A stretch of DNA of 63,103 bases, filler included. It is 13 parts of 13 records of this genome, joined end to end, with 100 filler letters (N's around TTAATTAATTAA, not from the genome) between each part and the next. Parts side by side here need not be neighbours in the genome. Positions count along the whole stretch, not along the records: positions 1 to 4,195 come from SRR9670534_682; positions 4,296 to 12,078 come from SRR9670534_685; positions 12,179 to 15,428 come from SRR9670534_687; 10 more parts are not named here. One strand, 5' to 3'. Every line of letters begins with the position of its first letter. The stretch's first letter is position 1. Below are positions 1 through 12,525 of this stretch, piece after piece. The notes beneath the pieces were generated by a model. It was not told the origin of the DNA. It saw only the letters and a list, made by a program, of their open reading frames with translations, and did no database searches. A program made the position numbers and the translations under genes.

Positions 1-61
1 CATTATCAAAAGATTATTATGTGATCTTATCATTATCAAACGATTATTATGAGCTTTTTAG

Positions 62-3000
62 GCGAGATTGAAATATCGCCAAAGCAGATATGTCATTTTA
101 AGATCAGACACTTCATCAAAGAATTGTGTGGCGAAAATTCTTGAAAGTAAAGACGTTAAAGAACAAGTGAGGTATGGATACAATCCGCGACCCCTATGAC
201 GGGGGAACTTCCCAAGAAAAGGGAATCATACCGAATGTACCCTCTATTAAGGAATTTCCCCCTTTACCACTTTATTCTTTTTCAAAATTGAAAATAGATG
301 ACGCCAACAGTATTTATTAGCGCCATCTCTATAGTTCCTTCATCAGGTTATGTATGTATTATAATATATTAATTATGGAACGTTTTATTATAAAGGTGTG
401 ATATCTGGAATGTTCATATGTCTAAAGAAGATATAGAATTATATTTGAGTAACTTTGCTCACTTGATGGAATGCTGGAATCAATTAGAAAGGAAAAGAAA
501 CCCTTCTACTGGTAATCTGGGCAATCTGCCAAAAAGGGGCAGCACCCTAAAGGTATGATTAGAGGTAGAATACAGGTCAAATTAGTGACACCAGCACATA
601 AGCATGCTTGGCTATAAGCAACAAATGTGTGGATCAATGAGTCATTGTCACGTGACCTTAATGGAAGGCATGCACAATTAGGGTTCAATAAATGTTATTC
701 CCTTAATCATGTGACATAGCTTACTCACACGTGCACGTTGAAACCACATTGTACACGTTCGTAATAATGTGAAAGCTAAATATTCGCCCAAAATTTGATT
801 TGATAATTTAAAATGATGATTATGCAATTTGGTCGAATATGTGGTTTTCACTATGTACAGTTTAGAGATGGAAATCAAATCCTCCTTTAGCAGAGGTAAA
901 CTTGGTGCTTTTTTGCTTAATCTCACCTTTGCATGACATATCTTGTGTTTATCCCTCGCCCTTTTCCCCTGTTTATATGTGAAGTATTTTTGAGAATATT
1001 TGTTTGTTTAATATTACGTGTTCTGTTTTAGAAGCATCCTTTAACGAAATCGTTTACCGAATATAATTTAAAATCCCCTATTCCACCCCCTTCATCGATA
1101 TCCAAATATCATGGCACTAGTAGATTAAATTTTGATGTAACAGTTTTGTGTTTTTTGGTGTGGTTTTATGCTGAAATTAATAACAACTCTATTGATCATT
1201 TAGGGGCTCTTGGATACTGGCACCGATCTAACAACTGTAAGTGCAACAGCATCGCCAAAAGTAGAACATGTGCCATCTACCAAGTCTGAATTAGCAGGAT
1301 TCTCACTTGAAGAATTAGAAGAAAAATTGGAAACTCTTGTAGATGCAATGATAAATCCATTGTAAGTGTGGCAAATCATTAATAATGGCAAGTTGAATTT
1401 GTTAATTAAATTTTAGTTCTGGCATTGAATTTATCAGACCCTGTAATGGCAAGAAATTTTTACCAGAGCATGTTTTTTCTGTTGTTGAAGCTGTTCTTTG
1501 GCTTTTAAGAACTACACAACTGAATAATTTTGATTCCTGCATGAGATTGTTGAACGTAATTTAAATTGTTAATTTTTTGAATTATTTAATTTCAGTTTAA
1601 ATTTTTGCAGAAACTTTACCAAGCAGGATTAATTTCAACTATATTTGAAGCCTCTGATGTATCTGTAGAGAAAACATCAATTGTAAAGTTTGGGTTTTTT
1701 CTCTATTATATTAACTGCAAAGCCACAGAGGAAGGTAAAAATGTAGAAAAAAAATAAGAAAATCACCGGTGATGTTATGGCCATAGCATAAGTAAAATTT
1801 AGAAATTTACAGACCAGGGTTAGAAGTTTGGGCTATGATGGAAGTTGAAATTGTTCCTCCAGGCTTGGTAGACAAGTGCCATGAAAACATTGATGAAGTC
1901 TTATTTCTTGCCTCAGATGATCGTCTTACCAAGAAGATGTCACTGCAAAATAAGGAAGATAAAACAAGTCAAGCAAGATCTGATGGTACCAAGGAAGCAA
2001 TGGCAAAGAAAAGTCTTCTTGGTTGGTGAAATGTTAGAGAAATTCTATCACTACAATACTGACATCTTTTTGCATTACTTTTAGAAAAGGTTGCTGTTAT
2101 AAACCTTGATCCCAGACGACACTCGGATAGACGTGAATGGGGATTTCTTCATTATTCTTCTCTATATGATCCTTCTTGTGCTTTTCATGTGGAACTTAAA
2201 TGGTTGGTTGCTTCTTGCAGCATCACCAATAGTTTGGTTTGACTTTTTATATTTTAAAATATGAGTTAAATATTTTGGTAACAAATTTAATATTTTGTAA
2301 TTTTAATTTCACAATTGTAAAGACCAAGACTTTTGATCAGTTCTCAATGAGAAATCATGCACTTTAAGAGTGGTTTTTAAAAAGTTAATAATTGAAATTT
2401 TTTAGATTGATACCTGGTCAAGAAGAGTTTTTAATAGAGGCTTTAGTCTTTTACCCATTCCTGTTGATCCCTTTGCTTTACCTGGGTATGAAAATAGTGA
2501 TCCACTTAGAGGTCCAATTTTTATTCCATTATCTGTTGATCAAATTGAGCAAGCAATTGGCAAAAAATTATTTGAAGAATTTAATGACTTTACTCTTTAC
2601 CCTGTTAGACTTCATCTTTTCCAAGAGGAAATTTTAAGAGAGTAATTGAATTTCGTGCATGTTATTGTGATATACTTCTTGCATTTTAGATATGGTTTTA
2701 TAAAAGCCCAAGCTAGTGCCTTGTCAACCAGCATTTATGCTCCATATATTCCTGGACAAAATTTTTATAACAATTCCTATATCCACATTTCTGGCAGCAT
2801 GTTTGTATTTACAGCCAAAGGAAGTCATGAAATAGAATCCGAAAATGTACATTCAATGCAGTCTAAACACCGAGTTCATTTGCACAGAAACTTCGTTGCT
2901 CAAAGGTCTAGAAGTACAGATGAAGTGTCTTCCATATCATTATTAAATAATATTGGCAAAAAGAAACCAAAAAACATTGGTGTTCTTGAAGAAAAGATTG

Positions 3001-3299
3001 GATTTTTTTGGTCCTGGAATCACATGTTGTCTAAGAAATGGACAAAAGCTCATACTACTGGAGGAGAATTATTCCAGGATAGAATGTTGTCAGATTTTAG
3101 GAAATTTTGTGATAATGCTGATGGAAGATTGGTGGAATTTTGGAACACAAAGGTCAACAGCGTAAGATTTGCACCTGTCTTGGAATTAAGCGACGAAGCT
3201 TCTCCAACATTGCCCCCTAACATGGCAGTTATTACGTTAGATTTATCTAATACTAATAGCACTGATGCTGATACCACGTTTGAAATGGAGGGGCATTAG
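62..3299 (+). CDS. DEPDC5: GATOR1 subunit DEPDC5/Iml1, 3' portion (DEP domain + C-terminal domain), multi-exon
   Basis: Spliced exons at about 62-171, 396-552, 1032-1136, 1204-1361, 1417-1555, 1611-1734, 1812-2021, 2084-2236, 2406-2641, 2690-3299. They give LKYRQSRYVIL..CDIW..LSNFAHLMECWNQL, a DEP-like FSVVEAVLWLL, PIPVDPFALPGYENSDPLRGPIFIPL, YIHISGSMF and GFFWSWNHMLSKKW..FQDRMLSDFRKFCDN..RLVEFW, matching the recalled DEPDC5 C-terminus. 5' exons lie outside the window. Confidence 0.93.
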
Positions 3300-3995
3300 A
3301 TTATACGGAAGTAGTACACACTAAAATTAGGCACTAATTCAATTAATTTAATTGTTGCTATTTATGGAATATATTATTATACATTATGTATATGAATTAT
3401 GTCACAATGTGACATTGTCACATAGTATATTGTTATATTGTTATTTTTGACATATTTTCTTACTGTGGTATTATAAATTGTGTAATTTATTGATGGTTAC
3501 GTTATCATCATTTGTGACTCATCATTATTAAAGCTTGTAGTAGAAGATTCTAAGAAGAACAAGCGTTAGGTTTAAAAATCATAATTATCTATATGTATAC
3601 ATGACGTCATTGAATGACTGTTAAACTGACCAACAAATGTCCTAGGTGGGAAACTTGAGATCATATGTGCCATAGTAATAACGCTATATTTATTGCGTAC
3701 ATTATAAAGATCATAATATGCATAAATATTCGGAAACGTTGCTTGAAATTGTGTATTTCGAAACAATTGCAGATAATTAATTAGACAAATCATGCAAAAG
3801 GCATTGTGCTTCAATCTCATGATAGATGTGCAAGCAGAAGCTTCAAAGTTTGATTTGAAAAAGAGCATCTCATTTGGACATTTTCTTTTGGAGACGCTTT
3901 TCGCAAAAATCAATTAGCACTAATAACATATAATTTTATGCAGTGCTCAGCCATAAAACGCTCAAATAGAGCGTTTTTATTTTATGGTTAGACGT

Positions 3996-4195
3996 TGCAC
4001 CCGTATCAGGACGACTGAGTCCAAATCAACATGTTACGTAATGCCAGGTGCCTTGCCTGCTGACTTATTGAAGGAGGAGTTTACTTTCAATTGACGGCTA
4101 CAGGACTACTGAGTCCAAATCAACATATTACATAATGGCATGCAGGTGCTCGTAATGAGCTTGCCAACTTGCCAAGTTGAAGGGGGATGGACTTG
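3996..4195. repeat. Imperfect ~95-bp tandem duplication at contig end
   Basis: caggacgactgagtccaaatcaacatgttacgtaatg (4007-) recurs as caggactactgagtccaaatcaacatattacataatg (4101-). Confidence 0.8.
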
Positions 4196-4295
4196 NNNNN
4201 NNNNNNNNNNNNNNNNNNNNNNNNNNNNNNNNNNNNNNNTTAATTAATTAANNNNNNNNNNNNNNNNNNNNNNNNNNNNNNNNNNNNNNNNNNNN
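4196..4295. other. Artificial contig-joining linker (first of 12)
   Basis: N44-TTAATTAATTAA-N44 (stops in all six frames). Identical copies at 12079-12178, 15429-15528, 17941-18040, 20074-20173, 30596-30695, 35631-35730, 39271-39370, 48928-49027, 54285-54384, 57899-57998, 60719-60818. Confidence 0.99.
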
Positions 4296-4471
4296 AAAAA
4301 CTTACTAGCCACAGCTACTTGTTGAGAAAATATGGTATAATGAATAAATTTTGACCATATCATTTTTTAATTCATTATAGCAAAACTTTACTGTATTTTG
4401 TCTTTAAAATTATGTATATTTTTGTTATTAGATGTGTATGTATTTTTGGAATATCATATGTTTATTATTAG

Positions 4472-4530
4472 CTATACCTAGGTATATGTATTACATATTA
4501 TTAATATGTAATACATATACCTAGGTATAG
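4472..4530. repeat. Perfect 59-bp palindrome (29-bp arms, 1-nt spacer)
   Basis: ctatacctaggtatatgtattacatatta-t-taatatgtaatacatatacctaggtatag. Confidence 0.95.
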
Positions 4531-4641
4531 GTATTACATATTATTAATAATACATTGGTAAATGTAAATTATAAAAAACTTAAAATTAAAGGTACAAAGA
4601 TGTCTTGTTTTCATTTTATTGTACTATTTTATATATACATA

Positions 4642-7600
4642 TTATGAAGCTTTTGTGGTAAATACACTGTAGGTTAGATCTTCTGTTGGTATTTCCATTG
4701 TTAAGGATTGTGTTTCATATTCCATTTGTTTTAAATAGTATTCATTTGGAAAATACACTAACTGATAGTAGTCAACATATCTAAAGACATGATATGTTGT
4801 GTATATTACATATGTACCATTATTAATAGGTAATAATACATAATAATAAATATTCGCCCATTAAAATATTCAATACATTTCAAGCCGACATACTTACCTA
4901 CTTTCATCTATCGTAGTAAGTAACTATGTACATACCTGTATTCTATCTACATATCTGCCTAGTAGGTATGTACTATGAATCATACTTAACCTATGACGGT
5001 CGGCTTATTATTGTATTTTAACTTGCCCACTATGTAATACATACCTAGCCTAGCCTAGGTAGCCTAGGTAGGTAAGTAGGTAGGTAGGTAGGCAGGTAGG
5101 TATAACTATGTACTATAACAGTTATAACTATACTTATTATATCTAATTTCAAAGTGTAACTATACTTATGTGTAATTTCTAAACAAAGTACGACGTACTG
5201 AAAATGAGTACGTAGTACGTACTACATACCTAGGTGTGTACATTATTAACCATAGTAACTACACATGTACATTGTGTACTTAGTACTCTGTACTAACAGT
5301 GTACTAATAACAATAAGCATCGATACATCGTTATTCCACTACACTGCTTATTGTATGTACCTATATATGTAGGTACGTATTTGTTTTTGGTTTGTATTCG
5401 AATAGCATTATGTTCACAAACTTATTAATAAGTACATAGCTACATGTATTTTTCTGAAGGCTACTTACGTTGAGTAGAAGCACAACAAGATAAAAATACC
5501 AATTATAGCGAGGAAAATTATAACAGCACCAAATGCTGCAAAACCTCTTAATGGATCTACTGGTATCCAAATAAATGTTTTATATATTGGTGAATAGGCA
5601 CTGTGAATCGTGGCAAGATCTACTGTCAACATTGTTTTAAAAACATTTTGTAGCATGATGAAAAGTTCATCTTGGTTTAGCTCACTGCAATAGAAGGATT
5701 ATGAGCCTTATGAACAATGTGTTACATTTAGGTAAGTAGTTATGTACATACATATTATTAATTAATAATAATATGGTAATTGTTGCTCTATGCTTACCCG
5801 ACAACTTCAGTTGCATTGCAAATCATGCCCGTTGATGGATTGACGGCATACATGTAAATGTCAGTGCTGAAATTATTGGCAAAGTTATACATGTATGAAG
5901 TAGATGTAAATACCTACATGCGTAACATATAGGCCTACCAGCGTACTGTAACTTACCCACTACTAGTATGTAATACATACCTGAATGCAAAGAATGGTAA
6001 TAAAGTGTATAGGTACAAAGTAACTTTGTATATTGCATTGAATGTAGGTAATTGATTTTAATAATAATACTCTGAGTATGGAATGCATACTATGCATATT
6101 ACGCTACTAAACTTTATTAGCTAGAGTACATAGTACGTACATACTACGTAATATTACATATTATGTACTACGGTATGTATTATTCATCTATAAATAATCT
6201 ATACAATGTATCGTTTACGTACCTTGAAGTATTTCTGTAAAGTGTGTTGTTTTCCAGATACTGAGAATATTCGACAGTTTCTACTTGTACTATTACACAA
6301 TCTTGTATGTATTGTCCTAACAGTCTAAACGGAAAAAGTACAATATTATGCGTGAAGATTGTTGAATTCTTACTATGTACATAACGTTAATAAGCCTTCT
6401 ACCATAATTACCTATTAATACATAATAATACTATTGATACATAATACGTAACGTTATTAACTGAAATCTACATTGTTATTTTTACTAATAATGATGTAAA
6501 TTTACTTTGTAATATTTCCAATCATTGGTACTACTTGTTCTGGTACTTTATCAGTTAGTTGCGCTATGATATGATTTGAACTTTGAACTAAATTGATCTA
6601 AATGATAAGAGATTATTTACAAATAATTTATTATTATTATTAAATGACAAATTCAGTACCAATAAGTACTTGTGTTATATTATTATATATGATACTGTAT
6701 CATTTATACATGTACATTTTTTATTATTAATAATAAGTATGCGTGAAATTGTTGTACATGTACTTACTATAATTTATCCATCATGAATGAATGGGCACCG
6801 TTAAGTTGCAACGTTAATTAACATTTTTATCAATTTTATAAGTTTGTTAAAGAATAACTTTCTAATTTACTCCTTTATATTATGTACAATTATTATAGTA
6901 ATAAATTTATTAAATAAGGATATCATTACTAATATTGTAAAATGGTAAGAATAGTACAATGATATTACATTGTACTCCTATTTTACAATGTAACCAATAG
7001 TATGAAAATATGTTATTCAATAATTTACAAAAGTGAAAAGAGTAAGTTACATTAACGATTGCTATGCTTGTCTGGCCGTCATTATCATTTGCTTCTATTA
7101 ATAAGGTATATTTTTTAGAAATTTGATCATCAAACAAGTTTTTCGTGATGAAAGTTCCAGTGATTTCGTTTATACCAAAGAGATCTGTTTCACTTATCAG
7201 TTGGTAAGTAATGTTATGGTTAATAGAGTAAGAATCCTCTTCAATCGCCTAAACAAATATATTATAACACTATTATCTAATTTATTAACAATTGTTTATA
7301 TTATTCAATAATTAATAAACATACGAAAACTTGACAATCAAACTTGGTTCCAATTGGTGAATCGATGTCAATTGCACAGAAATACTCGTTATATAAGTCA
7401 TATGGATACACAAATGTTGGAGGGTTGTCATTGGTATCCATAATGTAAACTGTCAAGGGTGCTTCGGCATAACCTGCAATACAAATACATAAGTATTCAA
7501 AAGCGCCATTACTGTACTATACGTAAACAATATTGCTAGAGTTAGGTACTATATTGTTAATAGATGGAGCTGTTACATTTGTTATTTAAATTTAAAAGGC

Positions 7601-10600
7601 TATATATACATACAATATTATTATGAGGGGGCTGGTTTACTCATACACTATAGTAATGAGGGGGCTGGTTTACCAAAAATTGCCGTTAGGTAATGTAAAT
7701 AATTCATATTTAGTGATAGAAATATAATACTTATTTCTCTTTTCTTTCTTGTTGTGTTTGTGTCTGTAGTAATTTCAGTAACTGTAACCATGTACTCCAA
7801 CGTTTTGATATTTTCATAGTCAACTTCTTCATTCAGTGTTGCTACGCACTCTTTGTTATTATTTACTTCAAATTCCAGATAGGGGGTTGTATAGTTAGAT
7901 GTTCCAATACATGATAATGAGGAATTTGTCTCAAAGTTTTCAAGTGCCATAGCCATAACTGAACTATTTGTTGTAGTATTTTCACTTATAATTGTTCTAA
8001 AAGTAGTAATCTCGTTCAATTCATGATAAATCATTATTAAAAGTTTCATTTATTTATTCATATAGCGTAAATTTAATAACTCTTACTCATAGGCTTCTTG
8101 CGTGAATGCTAATTCAACATTAAGCTCTGACTCAGGTCTGTTCACCGTAACAACAAATTCGCAAGTACTAGAATATCGTATTCCTCCATTGTCAGAAACA
8201 GTTACTTGTAGTGTATACTCCAAAGTTTTGTCGTTATCAGATGTTAAGTCTAGTCTTACAGTGACCAAGCCACAGGTTGGAGCTATTTGAAAGTATTTTG
8301 CTGCTTTGCTATATCCAGTAAGTTCAAATGTAATATCACCATTCAATCCCTATGAATGTCATTGTTCTAATTACGAACAAACCGTAGGCTATGTATGGTT
8401 CACCATACAAAAATCTCGATCTTATTTTTTGTTCGTTATTATGATGTTACATATTAATTACCCTTAAGTCCATGTTTTCAAGTGTGTCGTTGTCTTCGGC
8501 CATGACAGCTGCAACAACGACACCATAATCTGTGTCAGAGTCAATGACAACATCTTCTTGCCAACACTTTGGTGTATGTTGATTTCGGTAAACGGTAATA
8601 TCCACGGGAGCTATTGCATATTCAGGATCTTGTAAATGGTTGTCTAATGCCACAACATCAAACTAATTTGGCAAATATAATTATTTGAATGAATCATAAA
8701 TGATCTCCTACCGAAAAAACACTTGGATAACCACAGAGTGAGTATGATGACTCTTCCATCAGAGATTTTATTAAAATGACATCACCAGAGTCTTCATCAA
8801 TAGCAAAGTATTCCAAGCTAATATTACTGCATGGTGCATCACTTGAGTTGAGATAATAAGTTAATGAATCCTCAGCATCAGCATCTGTTGCTGTGACAGT
8901 GAAAACAATGTCATAAACTTCTGTTAACTCTCCAATTTCAGCCGAGTAGCTATTCGGATTGAATATGGGGTCATTTTCATTTCTTTCAATAAAAATGTTT
9001 ACAGTTGCTGTTGATGATTTTGGATTTGAGTTTTGATCCACGCTTAATATGATAAGTTCCACATCTACTTCATAAGAAAGATCAAGATCTTCTGCCGTCG
9101 ACAACTCGCAAGTATCCTTGTCCATGGTAAATATAACACCTCCACTTCCTTGATTTAGATCGTCAGAGAGCAAGTAGCATTCAAACCCATCGACATCGAT
9201 CATGTTCGTAGAAAAGTCATTTATCAGAGCACCAGATGGATAATTTCCATAAATGTAAAACAATGATGGAATAGATCCAAAATCGGGTGCTGCATCATTA
9301 TAAATTACTGTACTGTGAGTGAAGGTCAAATTTTTATTTTCGCTGTGCTTTTGTGTTGCCATATCAAATGGGTTATCACAGGCGATTATGCTTAGCTGAA
9401 AGTTTAAATGAATTATTGTAGTAACAGTGAAAACTAAAAAAGTTACTAACCATGTGGTCAGATTCATTTGAGAGGATAAAATCTTCTGGGGCAAAAGAAT
9501 ACACAAGCCCTGTATCTTTCTCGACAAAAAAGAATTCGTCAGTGTTGGGTTCTTGACAGTCACCCAAGAAGAAAGTCACTTTACCAGCTTGTCCCTACGT
9601 TATTATAAAAACTTATTTCCTTCCATTGACAATGAATATATCCGCTATTTCATACCATATTTAGTAGACTTAAATTTTTGAAACTTTGAAATTTCTACAG
9701 GCAACTTTTAAAATTAAGATTGATTTTTTTAATTTATATTTGATTAAATTTAAAACTATTTAACTTTTGAATCGTAAATTTTATTAGCTCAAGTGTGATT
9801 TTAATTTTTACCGGATCATCATCATTAGCATTCACATCATACAATTGCATTGTATCATCTGTATATAGCAATAAGTCAACATCGGCATTCAAATTTGTAA
9901 TTGTTGGTGTATATTTGTTTTCATCAACTATCAGCAATAAGGATATTGTGTCAGAAGAAACTAAGCTATCCAATGGTTCACCAGTTATTGCAATCTACAT
10001 ATTCAATATCACTTAATAATAATTAATTGTTAGATGTTAGTAACTACTTACATCATATTCACTGTAATTAGTATCTGCATTAAAACTTTCGTTCAAGTAC
10101 AGTATTGCATAATAGTTATATGCATCTAATTTGAAATATGTGCCAACATCTGCTAAGTTTGTTGTTTTTATAGTGAAAGTTGAGTTTGTGATCTGAAATC
10201 CATCATAGTTAATAGTTGATAATGTATAGTTGTTAATAATAACAATAGTTATAATTATACATTTATATTAATTACATTTCTATCAGTTGTTGTTGTGTAG
10301 TAAGATGTAAAGTTAGCTATAGGAATCATAGTGTCATATTCTCTTGGAATGGAATAGCAGTTATCTCTAAGGCAGGATATGTCACTATATTCGTCCAAAT
10401 CTGCTATTAGACTAAATTCTAGTTGGTATTGTGCTATTTGTGTTGTGATGGTCAGGTCTAAGCTGCATGCTATTGCTCCAATGCCATCTTCAAACACAAT
10501 ATCTATCTAGAAATATAAAACTTTTGAAAAAGTTGTGAAAGAATTAGGAATTTGCAATTACATTCGAATCCCACTGGTCACATGTTTCAACAGCTAATAT

Positions 10601-11925
10601 CAGTGAATTCTTAATCACCAGCCAATTGTGGATTCCAGTTCCATTTAACCAAGTTTGACTGATTAAGTGAAAATAATCTTTCAAACATGGGTTCGAAAAC
10701 TCTGCTCTTATGCTCGTTACCTAATATATTGTTGTAATTTTAGTCATTTGTATTAATTTTGCTAATTTGTGAGTTGCATTACCTCATCTGGAAATTCCAA
10801 ATTGATCAGATCTGCTGTCCACACAATATCACCAATTTCCTTCTGTTCTGCAGGTAGAGTGATGAAACTTGTGTCTGTACAGGTAGTACCTTCAAAGTTA
10901 CTGCTCGTACTTAGTCCTATGTCGTCAATATTCTAAATCGTATTTTCTATACCAGATCATATTATGAGTTATGAATCTGCTAACTTATGATATGCTTATG
11001 ATATTGCTATTATTAATAATAATGATTTTTTATACCTTTACAGTTATTATCACTTCATAGCCATAATTGTCGATTAGTATTTCACCCAGGCTTGATTGAT
11101 AATACCTGCTATTACAAACACCTTCAGTTGAAACATAAATAATGAATACTTGAACTGTTTCAAAATCTAGCAACTGTGAAACATAAATATCTCCAGTGAT
11201 TGGATCGATACTCAATAAAGTGGAATCGGTTGCAATTCCATCACCATCAAAATCATATAACAAGCAATATGTAATGGTACTTATACCATCAGGATCTATA
11301 AACTAAATACAACAATTTATTATTGTTATTAATATGTATAACCAAAATAACTGTCTCACTGGGAATAATGAGCCGGAAAGGACAACATCTTCGGCATCAG
11401 TGGAATATGTTTGTATTACATTTGGAGTTGTTGAACCTTCCTCAATGGTAAACGTTAAATTGTATTGATAATATCGCCCGACTACAGGGATGTGATCGTC
11501 TATGTCTAGTATTGTCACGATGAAGGTACTAGTGACAGTATATGCATTTGCATAATCCTCATCTGCTATCTCTACCATTAGCAGGAAATCCTCTGCAACT
11601 ATATTTTCATAATCTATTGATGTATTGGTATAGATGCTGCAATCTTCCAGATCAAAATAGAAGAATGTACTGTTATCTTTCAACCTGAAAATTCATTGCA
11701 TTGCTTTTTATGATCATTATTACACAATGATTGATTTTATGGGGAAAATATAATGGTTGATACGTTGAATTGATTTCTCTGATGTTTTCAATTACGGAAA
11801 ATTGATAGGGGATATCTTTACATGATCTAAAAATAGAACAAGCTGTAATTGCTTGGCTAAATATTTATGTTAGACAGTCTAACCCTTCAAATTGAAAGTT
11901 TTCTCTGTCATCATCACTTATCTGA
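4642..11925 (-). CDS. Cadherin-related protein of the Cad99C/PCDH15 type (multiple EC repeats, membrane-adjacent domain, TM, short tail); 5' end beyond contig
   Basis: Cadherin motifs in many exons: IDYE/LDFE, DIDDHIP, ERNENDPIFNP, VTATDAD, VSDNGG, DTNDNPPTF. MAD-like segment (INLVQSSNHIIAQL..TDIYMYAVNPSTG). TM FAAFGAVIIFLAIIGIFILLCFY (about 5468-5545). Last exon (about 4780-4642) has YLKQMEYETQSLTMEIP, resembling the recalled Cad99C juxtamembrane LKEYETQVLAM motif. Confidence 0.85.
5044..5101. repeat. (CCTA)n/(TAGG)n microsatellite-like tract
   Basis: cctagcctagcctaggtagcctaggtaggtaagtaggtaggtaggtaggcaggtagg. Confidence 0.85.
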
Positions 11926-12178
11926 AATAGTGCAACTTAGTTTTATTATTATTAAATAGTGACTTCTTGCAGATAGTTTAAAAGAAAACCCAAGGATTAA
12001 GTTTAATTTTTAAATCCATGAAAATAAATATTTGTAATAATGTAAAAAAACAAAGGATGACTGTAAATTTAACATTTTNNNNNNNNNNNNNNNNNNNNNN
12101 NNNNNNNNNNNNNNNNNNNNNNTTAATTAATTAANNNNNNNNNNNNNNNNNNNNNNNNNNNNNNNNNNNNNNNNNNNN

Positions 12179-12525
12179 TTACAACCCAGCTGTAAATCTG
12201 TTTACTTACACATTCCAAATGGCTGAATTTGCACCATCTGGAGCAATCTTACTTAATGAAAGAACCGATGTACTAAAACTATATTCATTTGTTGGTACAG
12301 AAACATATTTCATGATAATTGCTGAAGTTGCAGCAGTTCTGTTTATAATATACTTCACGATACGAGAAATAAACCTCATATGCAAGGAAAGAAAAGCCTA
12401 CTTCAAATCAATATGGAGTTTGATCGATTTGGGCCAGGTTGCCCTACTGTGGGGTGTTATGGGAACATGGATAACTAAAGAAGCATACAGAACTTATGTA
12501 ATGTCAGAAGTCAACAGCAACAGAG
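12179..12525 (+). CDS. Internal exon of a polycystin-family (PKD1L/PKD2-like) cation channel: end of TOP domain + S2/S3
   Basis: YNPAVNLFTYTFQMAEFAPSGA...FIIYFTIREINLICKERKAYFKSIWSLIDL is a typical polycystin channel signature. GT donor at 12526. Confidence 0.88.

Noticed and set aside
180..270. GC-rich mini-hairpins in a DEPDC5 intron as a snoRNA
   Set aside because: No properly placed C/D or H/ACA boxes identified.
3572..3913. 113-aa ORF and other short ORF-track entries in AT-rich or antisense positions (e.g. 3050-3277, 42664-42978, 44801-45190, 48143-48646, 59159-59611, 62521-63020)
   Set aside because: They are shadows of real genes or low-complexity Y/I/C-rich translations with no domain signal.
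7623..7673. 18-bp direct repeat atgagggggctggtttac x2, and similar short duplications (1-52, 19631-19665, 57697-57743, 61957-62013)
   Set aside because: Two-copy intronic tandem duplications with no spacer-array structure.
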